Notes: a model not told the origin generated them from the letters alone. A stretch of 64,000 nucleotides of DNA from Spirochaetia bacterium (GCA_965203905.1 CBDBDQ010000005.1:4352001-4416000); one strand, 5' to 3'; counted from the stretch's first letter, positions 48,278 to 57,443 are shown. Made by a program: numbers and translations.

Positions 48278-49747
48278 CTATTCTTCTGTCAGCTCCCCCT
48301 GCGCGAGTGCGGGACGCGTCGCGGCCCACGGCCGGGCGCTCTCGAAGGCGGCTGATGCCGCCAGCACGGTCATCTCGTCCTGCATGTCGGCCACGATCTG
48401 CAGGCCGACCGGCATGCCCTCGGAGTCGAAACCGCAGGGCACGGAAGCCGCCGGGTTGCCGGTCAGGTTGAACAGGTAGGTGAACGGAGTGAAGCCGAAG
48501 CGGGAGTGGGCCACCGGTTTGCCGCCGACGGTCCGGGGATAGTCGCCGATCGTAAACGCCGTGGTCGCGGTCGCGGGGGTCAGCAGCAGGTCGTGAGTGG
48601 CGAAGAAGCGCGCGGCGTGCGCCCGGTAGCGGCCGATCTTGTTGATGCAGGTGAGGTAGTCGGTCGCCTGCGCGCGGCGGCCCCGCTCCAGGTCCTGCGC
48701 GAAGTAGTCGGTGAGCAGCGCCGCCTTCTCCGGGTCATGAAGCTGGACGCTCCAGCGCCCGTACCCCCGGATGCAGAACAGGTCCAGAAACGCTTCCTCG
48801 ACCACGGCGTGCTCCTCCGGTGCGTACTGGACTTCCTCGACCTGGGCCCCGAGCTCCGCGAAGGTGCGCGCGGCGTTGGCCACCGCCTCCCGCACCTCCG
48901 GCTCGCAGGCGGCGCCACCCAGGTGGCTGGTGTCGAGACCGATGCGCAGCCCGGCCACCCCACGCGACAGTGCGGCCGTGAAGTCCGGCGGCTGATCCGG
49001 AATGGTGCCGTACTCCGCATCGTCGGCCGGCCCGGCGAGCAGGTTCAGGAAGATCGCGGCGTCCCTCACGTCCCAGGTCATCGGGCCGACCGACGAATTG
49101 TTGAAGATGCTGAAGGAGTGCTCGTCAGCATGCCTGCGCGGGACGCGGCCCTGGGTAGCCTTGATGCCGTAGATGCCCGACAGCGAGGCGGGGATGCGGA
49201 TCGAGCCGCCGCCGTCCGAACCCTGGGCGATGGCGGTGACGCCCGCGGCCACCGCCGCCGCAGCGCCGCCGCTGGAGCCGCCGGGAGTACGCGCCGGGTC
49301 CCAGGGGTTGCGCGCCGGCCCGAACACCCGGTTCTCGGTAGTGCCGTTGTGCCCATGCTCGGGGGTGTTGGTCTTGCCGACGATGATCCCCCCGCCGGCA
49401 CGCACGCGGTCGGTGCACAGCGCGTTGGTCGACGCGGTGGCGTCATCCACCAGCGATCCCTGGGAAAAGCGCACGCCGGCGACGGCCTCCAGATCCTTGA
49501 TCGGCACCGGCACCCCGTGCAGGGGACCCAGCTCGCGGCCCTGCATCACCGCCTCCTCGGCGGTCCGGGCCGCGCGCATGGCGTGGTCGGCCATCACGGT
49601 CACGAATGCGCCGAGCGACTCGTTGAGCCGTTCGATCCGGTCGAGGGTGAACTGCATCAACTCCACGGGCGAGAGCCGCTTGGAAGCTATCAGGTCGCGC
49701 AGCACGTGCGCAGGGGTGTAGGCAAGATCGGGACTGGACGCTGGCAT
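48278..49747 (-). CDS. Amidase signature family enzyme
   Basis: GVPVPIKD, GKTNTPE, GGSSGG, GSDGGGSIRIPA. Confidence 0.95.
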   Translation of the reverse strand: MPASSPDLAYTPAHVLRDLIASKRLSPVELMQFTLDRIERLNESLGAFVTVMADHAMRAARTAEEAVMQGRELGPLHGVPVPIKDLEAVAGVRFSQGSLVDDATASTNALCTDRVRAGGGIIVGKTNTPEHGHNGTTENRVFGPARNPWDPARTPGGSSGGAAAAVAAGVTAIAQGSDGGGSIRIPASLSGIYGIKATQGRVPRRHADEHSFSIFNNSSVGPMTWDVRDAAIFLNLLAGPADDAEYGTIPDQPPDFTAALSRGVAGLRIGLDTSHLGGAACEPEVREAVANAARTFAELGAQVEEVQYAPEEHAVVEEAFLDLFCIRGYGRWSVQLHDPEKAALLTDYFAQDLERGRRAQATDYLTCINKIGRYRAHAARFFATHDLLLTPATATTAFTIGDYPRTVGGKPVAHSRFGFTPFTYLFNLTGNPAASVPCGFDSEGMPVGLQIVADMQDEMTVLAASAAFESARPWAATRPALAQGELTEE

Positions 49748-49833
49748 GGCGAATCGACCTCCGAATCACGGGTAGAGTGGGTGGCTCCCGCCGGGGCTTG
49801 CCGGCATGCCGCCGACCGACGATATCATGCAGC

Positions 49834-50919
49834 ATGGTGGAGATGGAGCCTCTTTCCGCGCTGGTGGTCGGCGCCGGCAGCGGCGGCACCGGCAGCATTC
49901 GGGCGCTGGCCGCCTCACCCCGCTACCTCCTGCGCGGAGTAGCCGACATCGCGTCCGCCGCCCGGCAGCGGGTCGCGGCGGAACATCCCGGTGTGGCGCT
50001 GTTTGCCGACCACCGCGCGGCGCTGCAGACCCTGCGGCCCGACGTGGTGTGCGTGTCCACCTGGCCGCCGTCACACGTTCCGGTGGCGCGGGACGCCCTC
50101 GCCGCCGGATCGCTGCGCGGAATGCTGCTGGAGAAGCCGATCTCCCACACCTGGCAGGACGGGCGGCGGCTGGTGGATGAGTTGCGGGGCCGCGACCTGC
50201 CGTGCGTGGTTCCCCACGGGCTGGTGGTCAGCGCCCAGGGAAGGGCGGTGATCGACCAGGTGCGGGCCGGCGCAATCGGCACGCCGCGGCTGGTGTGGAT
50301 CGAGTGCCGCGGGTGGGACATCCTCAACGCCGGGATCCACTGGCTGCACTTCGCGCTGCAGGTGGTGCGCGGGCCGTTCGTGGAGGTGCAATGCGCCTGC
50401 GACCGCTCCACCCGCACCTGGCGCGACGGGATGCAGGTGGAGACCGTGGCCTCGCTCGTGGTCACCACCGCCGATGGCGCGCGCATCGCGCTGCACACCG
50501 GGGACGAGGTGCCGCTGTCGGCGCCGGCCGCCGGGACCCTGATCCGGCTCGTCGGCAGCGAGGGGCTGCTCGAGTTGCCCGGCTGGGAGCCCCGCTACCG
50601 CATCGTCGGCGCCGGTCGCGCCGCGGAGGGAGCGGGCGAGGTGCAGGTGCCGGCCGGCCCGCCGTCGCACGCCGTCTACCTGGACCGGCTCGCCGATCAG
50701 ATTGCCGCCGGCACTCCACAGTGGGAACAGGTGGAGCTTTCCCTGGCCGCGCTTGAACTGTGCGACGCGGCTTACACCTCGGCCCGCGAAGGGCGCGCCA
50801 TGCGCCTCGGCGCCGGCAACGGGCTACGCGCTCCGGCGGCGCCGGAGCCGGGCAACTGGGATCCGGGACGGCCCTACTCGGGCAGCGGCGGCGGCCGCGA
50901 CGGGCGCCGCCTCGGCTGA
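49834..50919 (+). CDS. Gfo/Idh/MocA family oxidoreductase
   Basis: VVGAGSGG, PDVVCVST, LEKP, GIH; start 49834 or 49843. Confidence 0.9.
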   Translation: MVEMEPLSALVVGAGSGGTGSIRALAASPRYLLRGVADIASAARQRVAAEHPGVALFADHRAALQTLRPDVVCVSTWPPSHVPVARDALAAGSLRGMLLEKPISHTWQDGRRLVDELRGRDLPCVVPHGLVVSAQGRAVIDQVRAGAIGTPRLVWIECRGWDILNAGIHWLHFALQVVRGPFVEVQCACDRSTRTWRDGMQVETVASLVVTTADGARIALHTGDEVPLSAPAAGTLIRLVGSEGLLELPGWEPRYRIVGAGRAAEGAGEVQVPAGPPSHAVYLDRLADQIAAGTPQWEQVELSLAALELCDAAYTSAREGRAMRLGAGNGLRAPAAPEPGNWDPGRPYSGSGGGRDGRRLG

Positions 50920-50977
50920 GCGGGGTGTTCGCCTGACGACTGATGCCAAATCGTCGGTTACGCCACAATGGTGGCGG

Positions 50978-51997
50978 ATGAACGAGATCGAGGGCAGCAG
51001 ACTCTACACGAAGTGTCTTGGATGCTTGGCCGGGGGCATCATCGGCGATGCGCTGGGGGCGCCCTCCGAGGGCAAGAGCCCGGCCGAGATCGAGCAGCAG
51101 TTCGGCTGGCTGGACGACTTCGAATCGGGCGGCACCGACGACACCGTGCTGCGCGACATCCTGGCGCGCTCGCTGATTCGCACCGCGGGGTACGCCACCA
51201 TCGACGACTGGGCCGCCGACTGGCTGGCGGCGTGGAACGACATCTTCGGCGCCAAGCAGGGGAAGTTCTTCATCTCCGTGCTGCACACGGCACGCCGGCT
51301 GCGGGTGCAGGGCGAACCGAGGCTCGCCGCGCTCGGCAACATCCCCTGCTCCAGCTCTGCCATGTGCATCGCGCCGGTGGGGCTGGTGAACGCCTGCAAT
51401 CCGGCGCAGGCGGCGCGGCAGGCCGCGCACCTTGCCTCCCTCATCAACGTGCAGGACGCGGGCTTCTGTCAGGACGGGGCCGCCGTCATAGCCGCAGCCG
51501 TGGCCGCCGCGTGCCGCCCCGGAGCCACCGTGGCGTCGGTATTGCACGATGCCGTCGCCCACCTCCCGGCCACCAGCGGAGCGGCCATGGTGGCGCGGGT
51601 GGAGCAGGCGCTCGCGGCGACCCGCGGCCGCGACTACGGCAGCTTTCGCCGGCACGTGCACGACCACGCGGAGCAGTTTCTGCAACTCCGGAAGGCCAAC
51701 TCCCTGGAGACCGTTCCCCTTACCCTGGCGTTGTTCTCGCTGGCAGCGGGTGAGCTGGAGCAGTGCGTGCTCTACGCCGCGAACTTCGGCGGCGACACCG
51801 ACACCATGGGCGCCATGGCGGGTGCCATCGCCGGTGCCTGGGGTGGCACCGACGCCATCAGGCCGGAGTGGCTGGAGAAGGTAAGGCGCAACGCCGACCA
51901 GGACCAGGAAGCGCTGGCACTGGGGCTGGCGCGGGCGGCCATCGCCAAGCTGCAGCGCGAGCGCGCCGCCGGCGCGGAGTTGGACGAACTGCTGTGA
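50978..51997 (+). CDS. ADP-ribosylglycohydrolase family protein
   Basis: GDALGAPSE, TDDT, SAMCIAP, GGDTDTMGAMAGAIAGA. Confidence 0.92.
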   Translation: MNEIEGSRLYTKCLGCLAGGIIGDALGAPSEGKSPAEIEQQFGWLDDFESGGTDDTVLRDILARSLIRTAGYATIDDWAADWLAAWNDIFGAKQGKFFISVLHTARRLRVQGEPRLAALGNIPCSSSAMCIAPVGLVNACNPAQAARQAAHLASLINVQDAGFCQDGAAVIAAAVAAACRPGATVASVLHDAVAHLPATSGAAMVARVEQALAATRGRDYGSFRRHVHDHAEQFLQLRKANSLETVPLTLALFSLAAGELEQCVLYAANFGGDTDTMGAMAGAIAGAWGGTDAIRPEWLEKVRRNADQDQEALALGLARAAIAKLQRERAAGAELDELL

Positions 51998-52113
51998 AGT
52001 CCGGCGCCGCCCCGGCCGAGGGTGCCGGCCGGCGCACACTTTCGAGAAGTGCAGTAATGGTGGAGTACACTACGGTATTGGCTGGCCCGCGGCGCCGGCC
52101 AAGGGGGGAGGCA

Positions 52114-52320
52114 ATGGCCGATGCGCCCACCAAGGGCCAAGTCACTCAGAAAACGCGGAGCATTTCCTGGGACCCCGCCAAGTGCGCCTTCGAGTTGACC
52201 CTGATGGGCATCGAGTTGGAGCCGGGCGTCGAATACGAAATCCAGACGACCGTCCTATCCCCCGACAAGAAGCCCCAGCAGCAGCCCGTGATCCAGAAAA
52301 TGAAGGCGGAACAACGATGA
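52114..52320 (+). CDS. Small hypothetical protein (68 aa)
   Basis: Strong GGGGGGAGG RBS; MADAPTKGQVTQKTRSISWDPAKCAFELTLMGIELEPGVEYEIQTTVLSPDKKP; host-like third-position GC. Confidence 0.65.
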   Translation: MADAPTKGQVTQKTRSISWDPAKCAFELTLMGIELEPGVEYEIQTTVLSPDKKPQQQPVIQKMKAEQR

Positions 52321-52348
52321 GCACGGTCACTCCGTGAGACGGAATACC

Positions 52349-52903
52349 ATGACAGCGGCGCATGGAACGGTGCACCGTGGCCGCCATTATCGGACCAGTT
52401 CTCTGGTCGTGCCACAATATCTCCCGCCCTCGGAGCAACTCGATCGCCCCTTACCGCCGGTGGCGGACACGATACTGCTGCCCGCATGCGAGACGTTCCA
52501 CTCATCCTTGGACCATCAGATCAGGGTGCACTCGACCAAGGCGCATGAGGACGACATCAGGGAGCAGATCAGCAACCTGGGCAGTCTCCAGGATGGATGG
52601 CTCGACGGAACCGGGAAGGCGTGCGACCGCAATGGATTAGCCAATCTGGCGGAGCAGTTGATCAGCCACTACCCTTTGGACGCACCGGAACTGCGTCTCT
52701 ACCCCACCGGGGACGGGAGTGTCCAGGCGGAATGGTGGACCGAAAACTACAACGCAGTCCTCGAGGTATTTCTCGATGGGACGACTCCCGCCGAGTGGTC
52801 CGATTTCAACCTCCGGACGAAGGTGGAGAAGGTGCGCCCGATGAACATCAACAACGAGCAGGATTGGGAGTGGGTTGTCCAACGCCTTCGTTCTCTCAGC
52901 TAA
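52349..52903 (+). CDS. Hypothetical protein with a DGWLDG...LYPTxDGxVQAEW domain
   Basis: Lower-GC ORF with a globular C-terminal domain; start 52334 or 52349. Confidence 0.7.
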   Translation: MTAAHGTVHRGRHYRTSSLVVPQYLPPSEQLDRPLPPVADTILLPACETFHSSLDHQIRVHSTKAHEDDIREQISNLGSLQDGWLDGTGKACDRNGLANLAEQLISHYPLDAPELRLYPTGDGSVQAEWWTENYNAVLEVFLDGTTPAEWSDFNLRTKVEKVRPMNINNEQDWEWVVQRLRSLS

Positions 52904-53004
52904 ACACCGGCGCGCTCCTCCTCCGACAGGTCAATCCCAACTGGTTCGTGAAGGGCACGACGAGCATCGCAGCCTTCAACCCGAGCAAGGAGTTTATATG
53001 CTGA
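52900..53004 (+). pseudogene. Truncated, start-less remnant of a partner gene
   Basis: The frame overlapping the previous stop reads LNTGALLLRQVNPNWFVKGTTSIAAFNPSKE and is then cut by the next gene; no valid start codon. Confidence 0.45.
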
Positions 53005-53579
53005 ACTCAACAAGGTTTATCGTGATCGCACTGTGCTTCGTCAGCGCGTTGGCTGAGGCGCGGGTCCTGGATGGCACGCACTTGGTGGGTACCGAGATCA
53101 AGCCTGGGGTGTACACGGCTCCGGGTGGGGAGCACTGCTTCTGGTCACGGATCCAGAAGGGTGATGAGAACATCACGGGCGCTGGGAGATCGCCGGTTGT
53201 CGAGGTGAAGGCGTCTGACCTTGCATTTCACTCGTCAGGTTGCGGCATGTGGACTCCTTTGGACCTGGACGGGGCGACTCTATATCAAGCCGCCAACGTC
53301 TTCCTGGCAGCCATCATCAACACGGTGGCGATCTACTTACCGGAGGGGCCGGCGCGGGATGATTTCTTTGATCAGGTGTTCAAGACGGTCGCGCACCTCA
53401 TGACCTACCCCGAGTGGGAGGACACGTCGTGGGACGCGGTAGTATACCTCATAGGACAACTTCCCAAAGTGCAGATACCGGCACACGCACGAGAGGATGC
53501 TGTGCCCAGGCCAGAGGTGACCCCGGCCATGCCGACCGCCGAGGCGGCGGCAAACCGTAGGCGCCTGAGCGGAAACTGA
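52998..53579 (+). CDS. Exported hypothetical protein
   Basis: AAGGAG RBS; signal peptide ending AEA; DGTHLVGTEIKPGVY..CFWSR..SSGCGMW domain. Confidence 0.78.
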   Translation: MLNSTRFIVIALCFVSALAEARVLDGTHLVGTEIKPGVYTAPGGEHCFWSRIQKGDENITGAGRSPVVEVKASDLAFHSSGCGMWTPLDLDGATLYQAANVFLAAIINTVAIYLPEGPARDDFFDQVFKTVAHLMTYPEWEDTSWDAVVYLIGQLPKVQIPAHAREDAVPRPEVTPAMPTAEAAANRRRLSGN

Positions 53580-53617
53580 CCCCCTATCGGGGCCGGATTC
53601 AAATCTGACGCACTACC
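53573..53617 (-). mobile_element. Putative IS1/IS1595-type terminal repeat remnants (no transposase)
   Basis: Minus strand GGTAGTGCGTCAGATTTGAA from 53617 (GGnnnTG start) and a degenerate copy GATAGGGGGTCAGTTT from 53588, at the right edge of the low-GC patch. Confidence 0.4.
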
Positions 53618-53703
53618 CGAGTGTGCCGATGGACGGCATGCCGCTACGATAACCGGCCTCGTTGGGCTATGCTGTCGAACGTGTGAGAGGAGGCGAGGGA
53701 AGA

Positions 53704-54726
53704 ATGGCCACGGTTGCGTTCGTAACGGAGCAGGGGGCCGCGCACCGCAGGCACTACCAGGAGGCGATGCGGGACAACGCGCGGATAGAGCAGGTGGTGC
53801 TGATGGATCCGGAGGGCGCCACCTTCGAGAAGGGACGGCATGCGTGCGGCCCCAAGGTGCGGGCGACGGAGACCACCGTGGACGGACTGCTCGGCCACGG
53901 CAGGCCGGACCTGGCGATCGTGTCCCTGATCGCGGCGCACGCACCGGCGGTGATCGAGCCGTTGCTCGACGCCGGCGTCCACGTGATGGCGGAGAAGCCT
54001 GCCTGTTTGCATCCGGACCAGTTTGCACGGCTGGTGCAGGTGGCGGAGCGGCGCGGCGTCCACCTGATGCTGGCGTTCGCCCAGCGCTGCCAGCCGGCGA
54101 AGGAGGACGCGCGGCGCATCATCGCCGCTGGCGGCATCGGCTCGCTGTACGCGGTGCAGGCGGTGCAGGTGGACGATCAGGGGCGCATCCCGGGCCACGT
54201 TGCCAGCGGCAACTGGACCTTCCGCAAGCAGCTCGCCGGCGGCGGCCACCTCACCTGGCTCGGCATCCACACGCTCGACCAGATCCGTTTCCTCACCGGC
54301 GCCGAGATCGAGGCGGTGCAGGCGATGACCGCGGTGGTCGGCGGCCAGCCGATCGACGTGGAAGACCTGGCCCTGGTCAACCTCCGTTTCGGCGGCGGGG
54401 CCCACGGCTCGCTGTTCTCCGGCTACCTGCTCGACGCCAAGCCGGGTCCTTCCGGCATCACCGTGTTCGGCTCCGCCGGCTGGCTGCGCATCAACGCCGC
54501 CGAGCGGGGGCTGCTGGAGTGGAGCGCCACCGGCTCACCGCGCAGGGTGGTGCACTACTCGGAGCCGGGCGGCGGCTACAGCCGCTGGGTGGAGCGGACC
54601 CTGGCGGCCTGTCTCGGGGAGGCCGATCCGCCGGTAACCGGCCGCGACGGGCTGGCGGCGCTGCGCGTCGCTCACGCCGCCTACCGCTCGGCGGCGGAGG
54701 GGCGCACGGTCGAGGTCGGACCATAG
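53704..54726 (+). CDS. Gfo/Idh/MocA family oxidoreductase
   Basis: HVMAEKP, GGGHLTWLGIHTLD, DVED, GRDGLAAL; GGAGG/GAGGG RBS. Confidence 0.92.
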   Translation: MATVAFVTEQGAAHRRHYQEAMRDNARIEQVVLMDPEGATFEKGRHACGPKVRATETTVDGLLGHGRPDLAIVSLIAAHAPAVIEPLLDAGVHVMAEKPACLHPDQFARLVQVAERRGVHLMLAFAQRCQPAKEDARRIIAAGGIGSLYAVQAVQVDDQGRIPGHVASGNWTFRKQLAGGGHLTWLGIHTLDQIRFLTGAEIEAVQAMTAVVGGQPIDVEDLALVNLRFGGGAHGSLFSGYLLDAKPGPSGITVFGSAGWLRINAAERGLLEWSATGSPRRVVHYSEPGGGYSRWVERTLAACLGEADPPVTGRDGLAALRVAHAAYRSAAEGRTVEVGP

Positions 54727-54754
54727 CGACCGAAACCGTGGCCTGCCCGCGGCG

Positions 54755-55945
54755 TCATCGATCATTGTCGCGCAGGGCCTGTTGCTTGGACTGGCCGACG
54801 CCGCGCAGGAACGAAGGGTCGAGCCACAGATCGAGGGCAGCCGTCTCGTAGCCGCCCGGCAGTCGGCCCTGGGCGGCGAGCTCGGCGATCTGAGCCCGGG
54901 TGAACCATGCCGCCCGGGCCGTGGCAGGAGCTTCGCCGGCCGGCAGCGGGTAGCCGAACACCCGGCAGCGGCGGCCGGCATCGTCGAAGTCGCCGATGTA
55001 GCTCGCCCATGGCAGGTCGATGTCGAGGTCGCGGCGCGCTGCGTGTTCGAGCGCATTCAGGTGATTCGTATCCGGGCTGCAGTCGTCTCCGGGCAGCTTC
55101 CAGGTGCCGCTGCGCGCGCCCGGCTGGTTGCCGTGGCGAAGCAGCAGGAAGGCACCGTCCCGCTCGACCACCAGTCGCAGCACGGTGACCGGCCGCTCGC
55201 CGTGGTGCGGCAGCAGCGAGCGTCCGTGACACACGACCGCGCGGTGGGCCGCGTCGCTGAACACGATCGGCCCGCAGCCCGGAGGAGCGGTATGCGCGCG
55301 GTACTTGTTGTAGACCCCCAGCCGGTTTTGGCGCGACCGGTTCGCCCCGCCGGCGTGCCAGGTGAACATGTTCATCAGCAGCAGGTCGCCGCGCCGCAGT
55401 CGTGCGTCCACCAGGGGGGCCATGGTGTCGGCCCCCGCTCGTTGCACGCGCCGGACACGACCCTCACCTGCGACGATTCGGCTCAGCTTGTGCGATCCCG
55501 GCGACACGAACAGGGGGCCGGTCTCGGCATCGAGATCGACCATGGACATGATCGCGAACAGCCAGTTCAGCGAGGAGCCGGCGTTGTGGTAGGGCTTGTA
55601 GTCCTGGTGCGCCTCCGGGTGCGAACCCGAGTAGTCGCCCCCCGTGCCGCCGGCCCCCGGCGTCTTGAGGTAGGCCACGAAGGTCGCCATTACCGCCGCA
55701 CCGCCGAGCAGCGTCTCCACCGCGTGGACGATCACCGGGTCGCTCGCCAGCGCCGCCAGTGGCGGCTCTGCCACCACGTCGGTCAGCAACACGTAGCGGC
55801 TCGCCGGTTGCGGGTCGCCATGCTCCCGCCGCGCCGCTTCCATCAGCGCTTCGGTAATCGGTCGCAGCTCGGTCTCGCCGTAGAGGCCGCGGATCACGAC
55901 GTACCCGTGATCGTGGTAGAGCTGAACCTGGCGCGGCGTCAACAT
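54755..55945 (-). CDS. Phytanoyl-CoA dioxygenase (PhyH) family protein fused to a Nudix-like domain
   Basis: YHDHGYV, HQD, GPLFVSPGSH, WHAGGAN..R; C-terminal VVERDGAFLLLR..GTWKLPG. Confidence 0.82.
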   Translation of the reverse strand: MLTPRQVQLYHDHGYVVIRGLYGETELRPITEALMEAARREHGDPQPASRYVLLTDVVAEPPLAALASDPVIVHAVETLLGGAAVMATFVAYLKTPGAGGTGGDYSGSHPEAHQDYKPYHNAGSSLNWLFAIMSMVDLDAETGPLFVSPGSHKLSRIVAGEGRVRRVQRAGADTMAPLVDARLRRGDLLLMNMFTWHAGGANRSRQNRLGVYNKYRAHTAPPGCGPIVFSDAAHRAVVCHGRSLLPHHGERPVTVLRLVVERDGAFLLLRHGNQPGARSGTWKLPGDDCSPDTNHLNALEHAARRDLDIDLPWASYIGDFDDAGRRCRVFGYPLPAGEAPATARAAWFTRAQIAELAAQGRLPGGYETAALDLWLDPSFLRGVGQSKQQALRDNDR

Positions 55946-57342
55946 GAACGTTCCTCGGTCACGAACCTGGCGCCGAACACCTTTATGTTGTCGCCGTAGA
56001 CCTTGATCTTGCAGTATCTGCCCGCCAGCTCGTCCAGGCTGCGGCCATGCCTCCAGCGCACGGCGCCCGCCTTGTCGTCTCCGGTCAGCGGCATGCAGTC
56101 GTCAGCGGTGAAGCCGGCGATCGGCCTGCCGTAGCCCGGATACTTCAGCTCGACGCGCACCTCGTTGCTGCATCGATAGTTGAGCTCCAGCCTGCCGCCC
56201 GGACACAGCACCGGGACCGAGGCAAACCAGCCGCCGAGTTCCGACTGCTGGCCGACCAGGCGGTCGGTCGGAAACCAGGCTCGGGCAATGCACTGCTTGA
56301 GATGCTGTGCCTGCTCGCTCGCTCCGCTGTCATGGGGATGCGGCGCAGCGAAGTAGTAGACCCACGTCCTGTCGCCCTCCACGACAGGCTCGGAGAGTCC
56401 GCAGTACACGCCGCCGCCATCGATTGCGCCGAAGTCGCCCTGCCGCAGCACCGCGGTCTTGCTCGGAAGGCGACTCCAGGAGAGGCCGTCCGGGCTCTCC
56501 ACGAGCTCCAGCCACGACATCTGCGTGGTCACGTCATAGACGTTCAGGAACCCCATGCAGCGACCGCTCAGCGTGAACGCCGTCTGTTGATAGAAGTTGG
56601 TGCCCTTGTTGTCGCCCGAGTCCGGCTTGAACAGGACATGCGGCTCGCTCCAGGTCCTGCAATCCGTGCTGTAGCTCAGCATCCGGATCCGGTTCTCGCC
56701 GTAGCGCTCCTTGAGAAACGCGAGATAGCGCCGGTGAATCGGATCGTACCACAGGCACTCGGCATCCTGGGTAGGGAACACCTGACCGGTGAACGTGAAG
56801 TCGATGCCGTCGGGCGACGTGAACAGGCACCCTCCAGTGACCGAGGGGTCGTCGTTGTCCTGGTGAAACACCAGCATCTTGTAGCGGCGCGCGGGGTCCG
56901 GATCATTCGCATCCTCGATCACGGAAGGCGAGTCCAGCAGGAACCCGTCCCAATCCAGCACGATGTTGTTGCCGGGGAAGAGGTGCACCAGGAACCGGTT
57001 CAGCACCGGACGCGTCCAGTGGATGCCATCGTCACTTTCCGCGAAGCACACTACCTTGCGCCACGGGAAGTGGGTGGTGTTGTCGATCACCGTGGCGCCG
57101 CCTGCCGGCTCCCGCCGGAACCCCGATTGATACCACAGCCGGTATCTGCCATCGAGCTTCGACTTGATGATCGTGGCCCACTGGATTCCCTTCTCGATCT
57201 CCCACGGAGTCTCGACCGACAGCACCGGTGCAGGATCCTTGCGCAACGGCTCGACGTAGTCGTAGCTCTTATGATTCTCGGTGATGTTCAGCGGCGAGAA
57301 CAGCACTTCCTTCACGCTGCGTTCAGGTGTCGCCCGGCTCAT
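55939..57342 (-). CDS. Five-bladed beta-propeller glycoside hydrolase-like protein (GH32/43/130 clan-like)
   Basis: Asp-box-like repeats AESDDGIHW, TSPDGIDF, YSTDCRTW, ESPDGLSW; DPARRYKM; AAGGAG RBS. Confidence 0.72.
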   Translation of the reverse strand: MSRATPERSVKEVLFSPLNITENHKSYDYVEPLRKDPAPVLSVETPWEIEKGIQWATIIKSKLDGRYRLWYQSGFRREPAGGATVIDNTTHFPWRKVVCFAESDDGIHWTRPVLNRFLVHLFPGNNIVLDWDGFLLDSPSVIEDANDPDPARRYKMLVFHQDNDDPSVTGGCLFTSPDGIDFTFTGQVFPTQDAECLWYDPIHRRYLAFLKERYGENRIRMLSYSTDCRTWSEPHVLFKPDSGDNKGTNFYQQTAFTLSGRCMGFLNVYDVTTQMSWLELVESPDGLSWSRLPSKTAVLRQGDFGAIDGGGVYCGLSEPVVEGDRTWVYYFAAPHPHDSGASEQAQHLKQCIARAWFPTDRLVGQQSELGGWFASVPVLCPGGRLELNYRCSNEVRVELKYPGYGRPIAGFTADDCMPLTGDDKAGAVRWRHGRSLDELAGRYCKIKVYGDNIKVFGARFVTEERSC

Positions 57343-57355
57343 GCGCAGGTCTCCT

Positions 57356-57386
57356 TCGCCCAATCGCCCAATCGCCCAATCGCCCA
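57356..57386. repeat. 8-bp tandem repeat (TCGCCCAA) x3.9
   Basis: Units at 57356, 57364, 57372 and 57380, abutting the RBS of the hydrolase gene. Confidence 0.9.
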
Positions 57387-57443
57387 CCGGGCCAGCCCCA
57401 CGGGCCGACCCGGCTGGGTATCCGATCAGTCCTTTCAGTCTGC

